Shown: positions 17,126-27,268 of the stretch, in pieces
How positions within the stretch are numbered: position 1 is the first letter of the stretch
Layout of the letters: every line of letters starts with the position of its first letter
IMG/VR virus record: IMGVR_UViG_2908572912_000004
DNA from: a virus
Lineage: Duplodnaviria > Heunggongvirae > Uroviricota > Caudoviricetes
Length of the DNA: 29,731 nucleotides
Strand: one strand, 5' to 3'
Position numbers and translations under genes: made by a program
The notes under the pieces: generated by a model
What the model saw: the letters and a program-made list of their open reading frames with translations, nothing else
The model's database searches: none
Told to the model about the DNA's origin: nothing

Positions 17126-17129
<4 letters not shown>
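16818..17129 (+). CDS. ydfR: YdfR-like protein (103 aa) between holin and endolysin
   Basis: 103-aa ORF at the Qin ydfR position; overlaps the endolysin start (ATGA). Confidence 0.7.
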
Positions 17130-18153
<1,024 letters not shown>

Positions 18154-18515
18154 GGTAATATTAAATCGGAACATTTACATCGCGGAATGTAAAATTTGAA
18201 TAAAAAGGACTCTTCCATGAGCCAAAATTCCTGAAATCTTAAGGGTAAGATAAAAGGTCTTAATCAGAATGACACGTTTTATTAATAAATAAAGCTATTC
18301 TTTCATTGCTGTGTTTTTCTTTACAAAAGTAATCCTTGCTATGGGTGGTTAATCATGCGTTAATGGTGTTCTGGTTTGTTACAAATTTATCTGAAGCAGT
18401 CATTGTTATAATTTTATTATTTGTACCTCTTGAGATTTCCTTGTTGGTTTTTCTCTCTGATATTTTTTTTCGGACCATTCTGCCCAAGGGCTAATTTCTT
18501 CAAAAGGTAATAATT

Positions 18516-18728
18516 ATGTCTAACAAAATGACTGGTTTAGTGAAATGGTTTAACCCTGAAAAAGGTTTTGGTTTCATCACGCCGAAAGATGGCAGCAAAG
18601 ATGTGTTTGTCCATTTCTCAGCAATTCAGAGCAACGATTTCAAAACATTAACTGAGAATCAGGAAGTTGAATTTGGTATTGAGAACGGACCTAAAGGTCC
18701 TGCCGCTGTTCATGTAGTGGCGCTTTGA
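18516..18728 (+). CDS. cspI: Cold-shock protein CspI (70 aa)
   Basis: [70 protein letters not shown] recognised as CspI; RNP1/RNP2 motifs present. Confidence 0.9.
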   Translation: MSNKMTGLVKWFNPEKGFGFITPKDGSKDVFVHFSAIQSNDFKTLTENQEVEFGIENGPKGPAAVHVVAL

Positions 18729-18932
18729 GGTAGACAATATTACAAACCATATTCACTTTAGATGCCCGTGTTGTCATGGTTCCCAGTATAGAACATCATC
18801 TTTTGATGTTTCTGACATGAATCCTTTCGGGGCAAAATGTATCTTTTGTAAATCAATGATGATTACATTTGATAATATTTCACAATACTTAAATGCCAGC
18901 CGTCTGTCGTTGGATTTAAAAAAGTGAAAATG

Positions 18933-18956
18933 AAGGCTCCTTCGGGAGCTTTTTTG
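18933..18956 (+). terminator. Intrinsic terminator about 200 nt downstream of cspI
   Basis: GGCTCC-ttcg-GGAGC hairpin followed by TTTTTT (18950-18955). Confidence 0.7.
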
Positions 18957-18999
18957 CTTGGTGTCTATTCGATGGATACTCACATACTACGGTAACATC

Positions 19000-19230
19000 A
19001 TGAAAAAAATCATAGTTTTTTTTAACTCTGAACCAGCAGTGGTAGTGCCAGCGATGACTGGAGTTAACACCATCATGCGTGAATATCCAAATGGCGAAAA
19101 AACACACCTTACTGTAATGGCCGCAGGGTTTCCATCTCTGACCGGAGATCATAAAGTCATTTATGTAGCCGCGGATCGACATGTTACTTCAGAAGAAATT
19201 CTGGAAGCAGCAATAAGGCTCTTGAGTTGA
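19000..19230 (+). CDS. Hypothetical small protein (76 aa from first ATG)
   Basis: Track ORF 18958..19230 begins at TTG; first ATG at 19000 (MKKIIVFFNSEPAVVVPAMTG...). Weak SD; coding status uncertain. Confidence 0.45.
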   Translation: MKKIIVFFNSEPAVVVPAMTGVNTIMREYPNGEKTHLTVMAAGFPSLTGDHKVIYVAADRHVTSEEILEAAIRLLS

Positions 19231-19401
19231 TTTGATGCTATTGCATTGATAATTCAGGAAAATTCTCTTTGTCTGTTTGTGTAAAATTTAGACTATCGTA
19301 TGTTGATTATTGCGATGTTTCATCTTATCTTTTACACGTTTGCACCATATAATCGACTTACTGTGTAACTGGAAAGTCATAACAGACTAAAAGAGGAAAT
19401 G

Positions 19402-19575
19402 ATGAATATTGAAGACTTAAAAACAAAAGCAGAAGCAGATATTTCTGAATATATAACAAAAAAAATTATTGAACTTAAGAAAAAGACCGGGAAAGAAGTT
19501 ACCAGTATTCAGTTTACCGCACGGGAAAAAATGACGGGTCTTGAAAGCTATGATGTCAAGATTAATTTAATCTGA
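19402..19575 (+). CDS. gnsB: GnsB-like small protein (57 aa)
   Basis: Not in the ORF track. SD AAGAGGA then MNIEDLKTKAEADISEYITKKIIELKKKTGKEVTSIQFTAREKMTGLESYDVKINLI, close to GnsA/GnsB as I recall them; TATAAT -10 hexamer about 50 nt upstream. Confidence 0.75.
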   Translation: MNIEDLKTKAEADISEYITKKIIELKKKTGKEVTSIQFTAREKMTGLESYDVKINLI

Positions 19576-19726
19576 TGTATTCAATAATAAAATTTATCCA
19601 TAAACCTCGTTTTTACGGGGTTTTGTTATATTTGAATGGTTCCGAATATCTAAATCACAATTGTTGATGGTTTTTATTAAACCAATGCAGTCCGGCTCAG
19701 GAGTGAGAGAAGCCGGACGTTATGGT

Positions 19727-20158
19727 TTAGCGTGGTAAGATCTGTGTAGTTTTCTGGATGCTTTCAGTAATTTTCTGGATGCTTTCAGTAAATAGTAATG
19801 AGTTATCAAAGGCATAGTAATATCTTTGGTGTTCCTGGATATTTGTAACCCATCGGAAAACTCCTGCTTTAGCAAGATTTTCCCTGTATTGTTGAAATGT
19901 GATTTCTTTTGATTTCAACTTATTATAGGAGGTCTCTATAAGATGTTTGTTTCTGGAGAATTTAACATTTACAACCTTTTTGAGTCCTTTTACTAACACT
20001 ATGTTGTCGTTTTCTAACACAATGTGAATATTATCTGTGGCTAAATAGTAAATATAAAGTGAGACATTGTGACGTTTTAGCTCAGAATAAAATAATTCAC
20101 AGTTTAAATCTTTACGCACTTGATCGAATATTTCTTTAAAAATGGCAGCCTGAGCCAT
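19727..20158 (-). CDS. ydfO: YdfO-like DUF1398-family prophage protein
   Basis: Start at the [11 protein letters not shown] Met (SD GAAGG 7 nt upstream); the C-terminus carries a tandem 7-aa duplication (ESIQKIT x2) from a perfect 21-bp DNA duplication. Confidence 0.65.
   Translation of the reverse strand: MAQAAIFKEIFDQVRKDLNCELFYSELKRHNVSLYIYYLATDNIHIVLENDNIVLVKGLKKVVNVKFSRNKHLIETSYNKLKSKEITFQQYRENLAKAGVFRWVTNIQEHQRYYYAFDNSLLFTESIQKITESIQKTTQILPR
19750..19791. repeat. Perfect 21-bp tandem duplication (x2) inside the ydfO-like coding sequence
   Basis: TTTTCTGGATGCTTTCAGTAA occurs twice back to back (19750-19770 and 19771-19791), in frame. Confidence 0.9.
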
Positions 20159-20458
20159 TGGTAAACCTTCCATGTGATACGATGGCGCGTAGTTAGCATT
20201 ATCGTGTTTATTGTTTCAATCTGGTCTGACCTCTTTGTGTTTTGTTGATGATTTATGTCAAATATTAAGCCTGTTTTTAATGAATAGTGTTGATTGCGTA
20301 ACAAAATTGAGCCTTGCTGGCATCCAGGAGGGATATGCAACCGACAGATGTATGTAAGGTCGATGTACTCAAACTTTCATACTTTTCCTCTTTTATGCAG
20401 TAAGATTTGAAGTAATATTTTAACCGCTAGATGACGAGCAAACGCATGGAGCGACAAA

Positions 20459-20665
20459 ATGAATAAAGAACAATCTGCTGATGAACTCTCGTTGGATCTG
20501 ATTCGTGTAAAAAATATGCTTAATAGCACCATTTCTATGAGTTACCCGGATGTTGTAATTGCATGTATAGAACATCAGGTGTCTCTGGAAGCATTCAGGG
20601 CAATTGAGGCAGCGTTGGTGAAGCACGATAAGAATTCGAAGGATTATTCCCTGGTGGTTGACTGA
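20459..20665 (+). CDS. Hypothetical small protein (68 aa)
   Basis: ATG with SD GGAG 7 nt upstream; [68 protein letters not shown]; a fully antisense ORF of equal length (20420..20626) is probably its shadow. Confidence 0.5.
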   Translation: MNKEQSADELSLDLIRVKNMLNSTISMSYPDVVIACIEHQVSLEAFRAIEAALVKHDKNSKDYSLVVD

Positions 20666-20990
20666 GCACCATAACTGCTAATCATTCAAACTATTTCACC
20701 TGTGACAGAGTCAATATCGCATTCTGTCACTGTCAGGCTAATACAGAGCTGCAATTCAACTACTGCAATGTCCTCGTAATTAGGTGAATTTACAATATCG
20801 TCCTGTTCGGATGCCGGTTGCATTGCTGAAGATGAGGCATTTATGGTTCGCATATTTTCCCCTCATGCTCGTCAGTCCTGTGCGTAGGAAGAAACAGGAC
20901 ACTCACACTAATTTGTGTGGGCATGCTGTGATGTCCTTCTGAATTATTCCTATGCCATTATGTAAAGCGCTGTATCAGATGCTCATCACG

Positions 20991-21014
20991 GCTGTCAGGC
21001 TGTCAGGCTGTCGG
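20991..21014. repeat. 8-bp tandem repeat x3 (GGCTGTCA GGCTGTCA GGCTGTCG) at the edge of a GC-rich island upstream of the terminase genes
   Basis: Direct reading; followed by GC-rich partially symmetric sequence (GGTGGGGGCCCCTGCCACGGGG) and then an AT-rich block; candidate packaging (cos-like) region. Confidence 0.8.
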
Positions 21015-21207
21015 GTCCTCCCGGTGGGGGCCCCTGCCACGGGGCGGGAGCGTCGCGGAAAAAGGCTAGTTTTTGCATTTCCATGGCGGCGGCAGCATGT
21101 TTGGTAATTTATTGATAATTAAAAGTTATTTATCTTTTTACCTGTACAATATTTTTTTCTCCCTGTCATTAGACCAGTTTACAATTAATTGAAATATATA
21201 AATAAAC

Positions 21208-21765
21208 ATGATTTTCACCTGCCAGATGGAGTTGCTTATGTCAAATGTGAGCGGGATCGGTGATGCTTATTACTGGAGTGTTTTTAAAATCGCTGAGGCC
21301 TTTGGGCTTCACCGGGACACAGTAAAAAAACGGCTTCTCGCGGCCAACACTCCTGTGGCTGCGACTGTCAGGGGGAACCCCGTTTACGCCCTGCAGCATG
21401 TCGGGCCAGCCCTGTTTAGTGTGAAGCATGAGGCAGCAGACTCTGTTCATGATCCATCCCGTATGGAGCCGAAAGAGAGAAAGGACTGGTACCAGTCTGA
21501 AAATGAAAGGATCAAGCTGGAAAAGGAGCAGCGAAAACTCATCCCCGTTGATGAAGTAGTCATCGTCTATTCGTCCATGAGAAAGGCTGTCGTCCAGGTT
21601 CTGGAGACAATTCCGGATGTTCTTGAACGCGATTGCGCCCTGACTCCTCAGGCCGTCGGCGTTGTACAGCAGGCAATTGATGACCTGCGATACACTCTTC
21701 AGGAAAAATCCTACGAGGCTTGTGCTGCTGAATTAATTCCTGATGAGGAAGGAGAGAGTCTCTAG
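21208..21765 (+). CDS. Putative terminase small subunit (DNA-packaging, HTH-containing)
   Basis: 185-aa ORF (alternative start at MSNVSGIGDAYYW, 21238) immediately upstream of the terminase-large-like ORF; N-terminal HTH-like segment, acidic C-terminus. Family assignment by position and general resemblance. Confidence 0.6.
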   Translation: MIFTCQMELLMSNVSGIGDAYYWSVFKIAEAFGLHRDTVKKRLLAANTPVAATVRGNPVYALQHVGPALFSVKHEAADSVHDPSRMEPKERKDWYQSENERIKLEKEQRKLIPVDEVVIVYSSMRKAVVQVLETIPDVLERDCALTPQAVGVVQQAIDDLRYTLQEKSYEACAAELIPDEEGESL

Positions 21766-21773
21766 GAGGAATA

Positions 21774-24700
21774 ATGGGTTTTTCATCAGCCCGAAATTTG
21801 GGAAGGGACATATCGGCAGGATTTTCCCCACCACGTCGCATGCCGATTTCGGAGGCTGTTAAAAAATTCATGCGTGTTCCCAAGGGGGCTGGTAACTCGG
21901 TGCCATGGGATCCTGAACTGACACCCTACATCATTGAGCCCATGAACTGCCTGGCATCGCGTGAATACGATGCGGTGATTTTTGTTGGTCCTGCGCGAAC
22001 AGGGAAGACCATTGGTCTGATCGATGGATGGATTGTCTATACCATCGTTTGCGATCCTTCGGACATGCTCGTTGTGCAGATGACCGAAGATAAGGCCCGC
22101 GAGCATTCTAAAAAGCGCCTCGACAGAACGTTTAGAAGCAGTGCGGCGGTAAAGAAAAGAATGAGTCCACGTCGTAACGACAATAATGTCCATGATAAGA
22201 CGTTCAGGGATGGCTCGTTCCTTAAAATTGGTTGGCCCTCGGTCAACATTATGTCGTCGTCGGATTACCGGTTTGTCGCCTTAACCGATTACGACCGTTT
22301 TCCGGAGAATATCGACAGCGAGGGTGATGGTTTCTCCCTGGCCTCAAAACGTACCACCACATTTATGTCCGCCGGGATGACTCTGGTGGAGAGCTCGCCG
22401 GGACGTGACATCTGCGACAGCAAATGGCGACGTAAGTCGCCTCATGAAGCGCCACCGACGACTGGTATTCTTTCCCTTTACAATCGTGGTGACCGCCGCC
22501 GCTGGTACTGGTCATGTCCGCACTGCGGTGAATATTTTCAGCCAGCCATGGATGCCATGACCGGCTACCGTAATGAACCGGATCCCTTTAAAGCCAGTGA
22601 GGCGGCGTATCTACTTTGCCCGCACTGCAGCGGCATTATCACTGCGGAGAAAAAGCGTGAGCTCAATAGTGCAGGAGTCTGGTTGGGTGAAGGTCAGGTC
22701 ATTGATCGTAACGGCAACGTTTCCGGTGAACCGCGCCGCTCCCGTATCGCCAGTTTCTGGATGGAAGGCTTCCCGCCATCGCATGCCGGGACCATCACCG
22801 TGTATGAAGACTCACAACCGGGTACGCTGAATGATTTTCTCGGTGCCATGACGGAGGATGATGCCCGTCCGGAGGCACTGCGCCGCTTTGAACTGATGGT
22901 GGAAGAGGTGGCGCGTAACGCGTCCGCAGTGGCACAGAACACGGCAGCCGCGAAGAAGTCAGCCAGCGATGCCGGCACATCAGCCCGTGAGGCGGCAACC
23001 CATGCGACTGATGCTGCAGGCTCAGCACGTGCAGCCAGCACATCAGCCGGGCAGGCCGCTTCGTCGGCTCAGTCAGCGTCTTCCAGCGCAGGAACGGCAT
23101 CAACAAAGGCCACTGAAGCATCAAAAAGTGCTGCCGCTGCAGAGTCCTCAAAAAGCGCGGCGGCTACCAGTGCCGGTGCGGCGAAAACGTCAGAAACGAA
23201 TGCTGCAGCGTCACAAAAATCTGCAGCCACTTCTGCATCCACCGCGACCACGAAAGCGTCAGAAGCTGCCACCTCAGCCCGGGATGCGGCGGCCTCAAAA
23301 GAGGCAGCGAAATCATCAGAAACGAGCGCAGCCTCGAGCGCCAGTAGTGCAGCCTCTTCGGCAACGGCGGCAGGAAATTCCGCGAAGGCCGCAAAAACGT
23401 CTGAGACGAATGCGGATAACAGCGCACAGGCGGCAGCGGCCTCACAAACTGCATCGGCAAACTCCGCGACAGCAGCCAAAAAATCAGAAACCAACGCGAA
23501 AAATAGCGAGGCAGCAGCAAAGAGCAGCGAAACTAATGCTAAATCCAGTGAAACAAACGCGGCGAAATCTGCAGCGGACGCACTTAATTATCGCAACCAG
23601 GCACAATCCGTTGTTGGTAACAATATTGGTCTTGGTGAAGTTGCCATGACCTGCACTGATATCTCTGTTGAGCCATCAGGTTATATTGGATTTATCAGGA
23701 TTTACATCTCAGCGAAAGGTTATCCATCAGTAGCGTCTAGTGCCGGGGATAATCTTATTTCTGGTTATATAGTTAGATCAGAAGTGTCAACAAAAAGATA
23801 TTCCGGTCTATTTGTTGGTTCAGATACAAAATCATTGTATTCGTACATTTACAGCCAAAGTTCTGGCCCGCAATGGATACGTCATACCCGCAGAGATGAA
23901 TTAAGCCGCTTTGGTCAAAATGAATCAACAACTCGTATGTATGGTCCAACTGGTGATCGTTTCTTTGAAATCCATACTAACGGGAGTTGGGGGGTTTATG
24001 ATTCTTCTTCTGGACAATGGTCTCCGTTAGGTTTAGCCCAGGGCGGTACTGGTGGAAGAACTATCGAGCAAGCACGTGCGAACTTGCGGGTAATGTATGA
24101 GCAAAAAGCTGGCCTTGCTAATACTGACCTAAACACCCTTACCGGTGAATATTCTGGTTTCTATCAACAACCAACGAGCGCTTACGCAACAGAAGAATTA
24201 AATTACCCAATCGGTCTGGCGGGCGCTTTAATAGTGCTCCAAACGAGAGCCAACACTGCTTCTTCCTGCGTTCAGGTGTACTACCCTTATAATAATCCGG
24301 GAATTACTTATAGACGAATATATGAAGGAGGTAGCGGTACCTGGTCTGAATGGAAGAGAGATGTATCAACAGAAAGGGTTGAAGAGGGAAAAGAAACAAC
24401 TTACGTATATTCTACGTATTCTTCAGGCGCACCACGCTTACAGGTTTCCAAATCTGGTTTGTGGGGTTGTCATAATGGCACTGGCTGGTTGCCATTAGCT
24501 GTTGGGCAAGGAGGTACAGGTGCGACAACAGTAGAAGATGCGCGAAACAACTTAAGTCTTGGCGAAAGTAGCGCAGTTAAATTTAAAAACCTTACTTTAA
24601 CCGAAGCGCTCGACACGACATTAGGACTGCTTACAAAAACAGGACGAGACTGGAACACGCAGCATACTGATAACATTAATAAATTTATACCAATTGCAGG

Positions 24701-25856
24701 CAGTACAAACGGCCCGGCAGGTTCTATGGTTCTTGGTGGCATTCATGTTCAATTTAGTAAAAATTATGCTGTGCAGTTCGGAGGCCGCAATTCCGGTTTT
24801 TGGGGAAGAACAATTGAAAATGGAACGACGCAGGAATGGAAGAAATTACTAACAGTAGACGATCTCAATTCATCTACCGATCTTGCTGTCAGGTCATTAA
24901 CCACATCTAACCCGGTAAAATCTGGCGGAGGGCGAATTGATGTCCTTGGAAGCACGTCAGACTATAGCAAAATGGATTGCTTTGTACGTGGGTTTGATAG
25001 CACCGGTAATTCTCTCGCGTGGGCGTTGGGTTCATCAGTCGGCGTAAGTAAGATGCTGTCGCTAAAAAATTTCTTTAGCGGAGCTGAGATACTGTTAAAT
25101 GGTAATGACGGCGCGGTTCAACTCAAAACAGGTGCTGTTAACGGGGCTAAAGCGCAGGCGCTCACTATCAACAAGGATGAGGTTAACTCAACTGTTGATT
25201 TAACTCTTACAAAACAAACAGGGACTGGAAATCGTTTTGTTTTACAGAACTTAGGTAATACAGAACTATCATTTGCCGCAAAAGTATGGGGATCAAGTGA
25301 TCGACAAAACGTTTTTGAGGTTGGAACGTCTGCTGCGTATCTGTTTTATGCGCAAAAAACGTCAGCAGGCCAGTTGTTTGATGTAAATGGCGCTATTAAT
25401 TGCACAACGCTGAATCAGTCATCAGACCGCGACCTTAAAGACGATATTCTCGTTATCAGCGACGCGACGAAAGCAATCCGTAAAATGAACGGATACACCT
25501 ACACGCTCAGGGAAAACGGGATGCCTTATGCTGGCGTTATTGCACAGGAAGTAATGGAGGCGATACCAGAAGCTGTGGGATCGTTTACTCATTACGGTGA
25601 AGAGTTGCAGGGACCAACGGTTGACGGCAATGAATTACGTGAAGAAACACGTTATCTGAATGTTGACTACGCCGCCGTGACGGGGTTACTTGTTCAGGTC
25701 GCCCGTGAAACAGATGGTCGCGTTACCGCGCTGGAAGAGGAAAACATAACGCTACGTAAAAATCTGGCAACAGCAGGCACCCGGATCAGCACTCTGGAAA
25801 ATCAGGTAAGCGAACTGGTTGCACTTGTCGGGCAGTTAACAGGAAGCGAACATTGA
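21774..25856 (+). CDS. In-frame fusion ORF (1360 aa): terminase large subunit N-terminal ATPase region (aa 1 to ~331) joined to a side tail fibre protein with C-terminal intramolecular-chaperone (peptidase S74-like) domain
   Basis: N-terminal part: Walker A GPARTGKT, CPHCGEYF and LLCPHCSG motifs paralleling lambda gpA-type terminases. From about nt 22767: FPPSHAGTITVYEDSQPGTLNDFL..., which I recall as the N-proximal conserved segment of lambdoid Stf proteins, then long Ala/Ser/Thr-rich KSxETNA-type repeats. C-terminal ~145 aa (from nt 25419): SSDRDLKDDI...GVIAQEVMEAIPEAV, typical of self-cleaving tail-fibre chaperone domains. Confidence 0.85.
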   Translation: MGFSSARNLGRDISAGFSPPRRMPISEAVKKFMRVPKGAGNSVPWDPELTPYIIEPMNCLASREYDAVIFVGPARTGKTIGLIDGWIVYTIVCDPSDMLVVQMTEDKAREHSKKRLDRTFRSSAAVKKRMSPRRNDNNVHDKTFRDGSFLKIGWPSVNIMSSSDYRFVALTDYDRFPENIDSEGDGFSLASKRTTTFMSAGMTLVESSPGRDICDSKWRRKSPHEAPPTTGILSLYNRGDRRRWYWSCPHCGEYFQPAMDAMTGYRNEPDPFKASEAAYLLCPHCSGIITAEKKRELNSAGVWLGEGQVIDRNGNVSGEPRRSRIASFWMEGFPPSHAGTITVYEDSQPGTLNDFLGAMTEDDARPEALRRFELMVEEVARNASAVAQNTAAAKKSASDAGTSAREAATHATDAAGSARAASTSAGQAASSAQSASSSAGTASTKATEASKSAAAAESSKSAAATSAGAAKTSETNAAASQKSAATSASTATTKASEAATSARDAAASKEAAKSSETSAASSASSAASSATAAGNSAKAAKTSETNADNSAQAAAASQTASANSATAAKKSETNAKNSEAAAKSSETNAKSSETNAAKSAADALNYRNQAQSVVGNNIGLGEVAMTCTDISVEPSGYIGFIRIYISAKGYPSVASSAGDNLISGYIVRSEVSTKRYSGLFVGSDTKSLYSYIYSQSSGPQWIRHTRRDELSRFGQNESTTRMYGPTGDRFFEIHTNGSWGVYDSSSGQWSPLGLAQGGTGGRTIEQARANLRVMYEQKAGLANTDLNTLTGEYSGFYQQPTSAYATEELNYPIGLAGALIVLQTRANTASSCVQVYYPYNNPGITYRRIYEGGSGTWSEWKRDVSTERVEEGKETTYVYSTYSSGAPRLQVSKSGLWGCHNGTGWLPLAVGQGGTGATTVEDARNNLSLGESSAVKFKNLTLTEALDTTLGLLTKTGRDWNTQHTDNINKFIPIAGSTNGPAGSMVLGGIHVQFSKNYAVQFGGRNSGFWGRTIENGTTQEWKKLLTVDDLNSSTDLAVRSLTTSNPVKSGGGRIDVLGSTSDYSKMDCFVRGFDSTGNSLAWALGSSVGVSKMLSLKNFFSGAEILLNGNDGAVQLKTGAVNGAKAQALTINKDEVNSTVDLTLTKQTGTGNRFVLQNLGNTELSFAAKVWGSSDRQNVFEVGTSAAYLFYAQKTSAGQLFDVNGAINCTTLNQSSDRDLKDDILVISDATKAIRKMNGYTYTLRENGMPYAGVIAQEVMEAIPEAVGSFTHYGEELQGPTVDGNELREETRYLNVDYAAVTGLLVQVARETDGRVTALEEENITLRKNLATAGTRISTLENQVSELVALVGQLTGSEH

Positions 25857-26030
25857 TATCCTTCAAGCCCTGAAGGAGGCTGTTCCTGGTACGTTCAGAC
25901 TGTTGTTGAGCTGGAAATCGCAACGGAGGAAGAAACTTCGTTGCTGGAAGTCTGGAAAAAGTATCGGGTGTTGCTGAACCGTGTTAATACATCAGTAGTA
26001 CCGGATATTGAATGGCCAGCACTGCCGTAG
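25857..26030 (+). pseudogene. Tail fibre assembly (Tfa) gene 3' remnant, in frame directly after the stf stop codon
   Basis: 57 codons with no start codon: ...[40 protein letters not shown], matching the conserved C-terminus of Tfa chaperones as I recall it. Confidence 0.6.
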
Positions 26031-26127
26031 GGTAAAACATATAAATTCTATAATTAGATGTATCTTTCCATTTACGGCAAGGAAGGGGGCTTGGAAGACG
26101 TAAAGCATCTCACACCGAGATTATTTT

Positions 26128-26718
26128 TTATATGTCAGGTGTCTGAAGTTTTGCTTTGGCTCTTAAAATGGTTTGCCGCGAGGTTTTGAATTCCCGGGCA
26201 ATGGCACTTATACTTACACCTGACTTAATTCGTTCGAATACCACCTGTTTCTGTTCTTCATTTAACACAGGTGGTCGACCAAAACGTTTCCCTGCGCCGC
26301 GGGCTCTTACTATCCCGGAATGAATGCGTTCAAGTAAAAGGTCTCGTTCAAATTCAGCGACTGCTGAAATTACTTGCATCATCATTTTTCCTGTTGGACT
26401 GGTCAGGTCAATGCCACCCAATGCTAAGCAATGCACTCTGATACCTGTTTCGGTCAGTTGTTCCACTGTTTTCCTGATATCCATTGCATTACAACCAAGG
26501 CGATCCAGTTTTGTCACAATCAATTGATCACCACATTTCAGGCGAGTAAGCAACCGGTTAAAACCAGGACGCTCACTGGTTGCTGCTGAGCCGCTAATGT
26601 GTTCTTCGATTATTTGCTGAGGTTTGATTTTAAAACCTGCACTTTCGATTTCCCGGCGTTGATTTTCGGTGGTCTGATCCAGCGTTGATATCCGACAGTA
26701 AGCAAAAATTCGAGACAT
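26128..26718 (-). CDS. pinQ: Small serine recombinase (invertase/resolvase family, Pin-like), 196 aa
   Basis: N-terminal catalytic motif YCRISTLDQ (catalytic Ser), resolvase-type core, C-terminal HTH ([18 protein letters not shown]). Confidence 0.9.
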   Translation of the reverse strand: MSRIFAYCRISTLDQTTENQRREIESAGFKIKPQQIIEEHISGSAATSERPGFNRLLTRLKCGDQLIVTKLDRLGCNAMDIRKTVEQLTETGIRVHCLALGGIDLTSPTGKMMMQVISAVAEFERDLLLERIHSGIVRARGAGKRFGRPPVLNEEQKQVVFERIKSGVSISAIAREFKTSRQTILRAKAKLQTPDI

Positions 26719-27034
26719 AGTGAGACTCTATACGAAATTGGTGTTCATATCATAATGCATCTCAGAAAATAATTATGATTATTTTTGTGCATATTTGTAT
26801 GTACACGTTCGAAAATAAACGAATGCGTATGCAACCCCGTAATTTTGGTGAGACCCAAAATCGATTTTGTGAAAAATGGCTTTAACTCGGTTTGTTTTTC
26901 GAGTTCCGGGCGGACTCAAGGAAGAAGAATAGTGTTGCGTGTTATTTTAACCAGATTTCAAGTTGTTTGGTCGTGGAAAAGTGGAGCAAAATGTTGTTAA
27001 AGTGGAAAAATGATAAAAAAGTAAGTTTATTATA

Positions 27035-27268
27035 TTACATTTTACCATTTAAATTTTGGTTGTCTTTAAGAACTGATATCGCTGTTTGTAATAATTCTTT
27101 GTTATCCAGCCATGATTTTTTCTTTATGTTTCCTTCAATGTAATCAAGCAATGTTCTGGTATTGATAGGTCTTCCCTGTTTTGCTACTTCCACTACAGCA
27201 TCGCCTAGGATAATTCTTACTTCAGGAAGCTGCGCAGGGAACCACTTTAGGGTGTCTTTTGATTTCAT
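27035..27268 (-). CDS. ydfK: YdfK-like small protein (77 aa)
   Basis: Internal Met start (MKSKDTLKWFPAQLPEVRIILGDAVVEVAKQGRPINTRTLLDYIEGNIKK...) with SD AAGGA 8 nt upstream; track ORF extends 11 codons further upstream. Confidence 0.7.
   Translation of the reverse strand: MKSKDTLKWFPAQLPEVRIILGDAVVEVAKQGRPINTRTLLDYIEGNIKKKSWLDNKELLQTAISVLKDNQNLNGKM

Noticed and set aside
18774-19182. Minus-strand ORFs 18774..18983 and 18916..19182 downstream of cspI
   Set aside because: Antisense to the Cys-rich plus-strand frame and to the 19000..19230 ORF; span a plus-strand terminator; no SD.
22573-23649. Alternative-frame ORFs over the tail-fibre repeat region (Arg-rich 226-aa plus-strand ORF and several Ala-rich minus-strand ORFs), and the possibility of a CRISPR-like array
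   Set aside because: The repeats are in-frame coding repeats (Ala/Ser/Thr-rich KSxETNA units) of the fibre shaft; the other frames are low-complexity artefacts of the GC-rich repeat; no spacer-repeat architecture.
26785-27143. Plus-strand ORFs 26785..27000 and 26892..27143 between the recombinase gene and ydfK
   Set aside because: AT-rich intergenic region, no SD, overlapping frames, products rich in Phe/Lys/Asn as expected from AT-rich noise.
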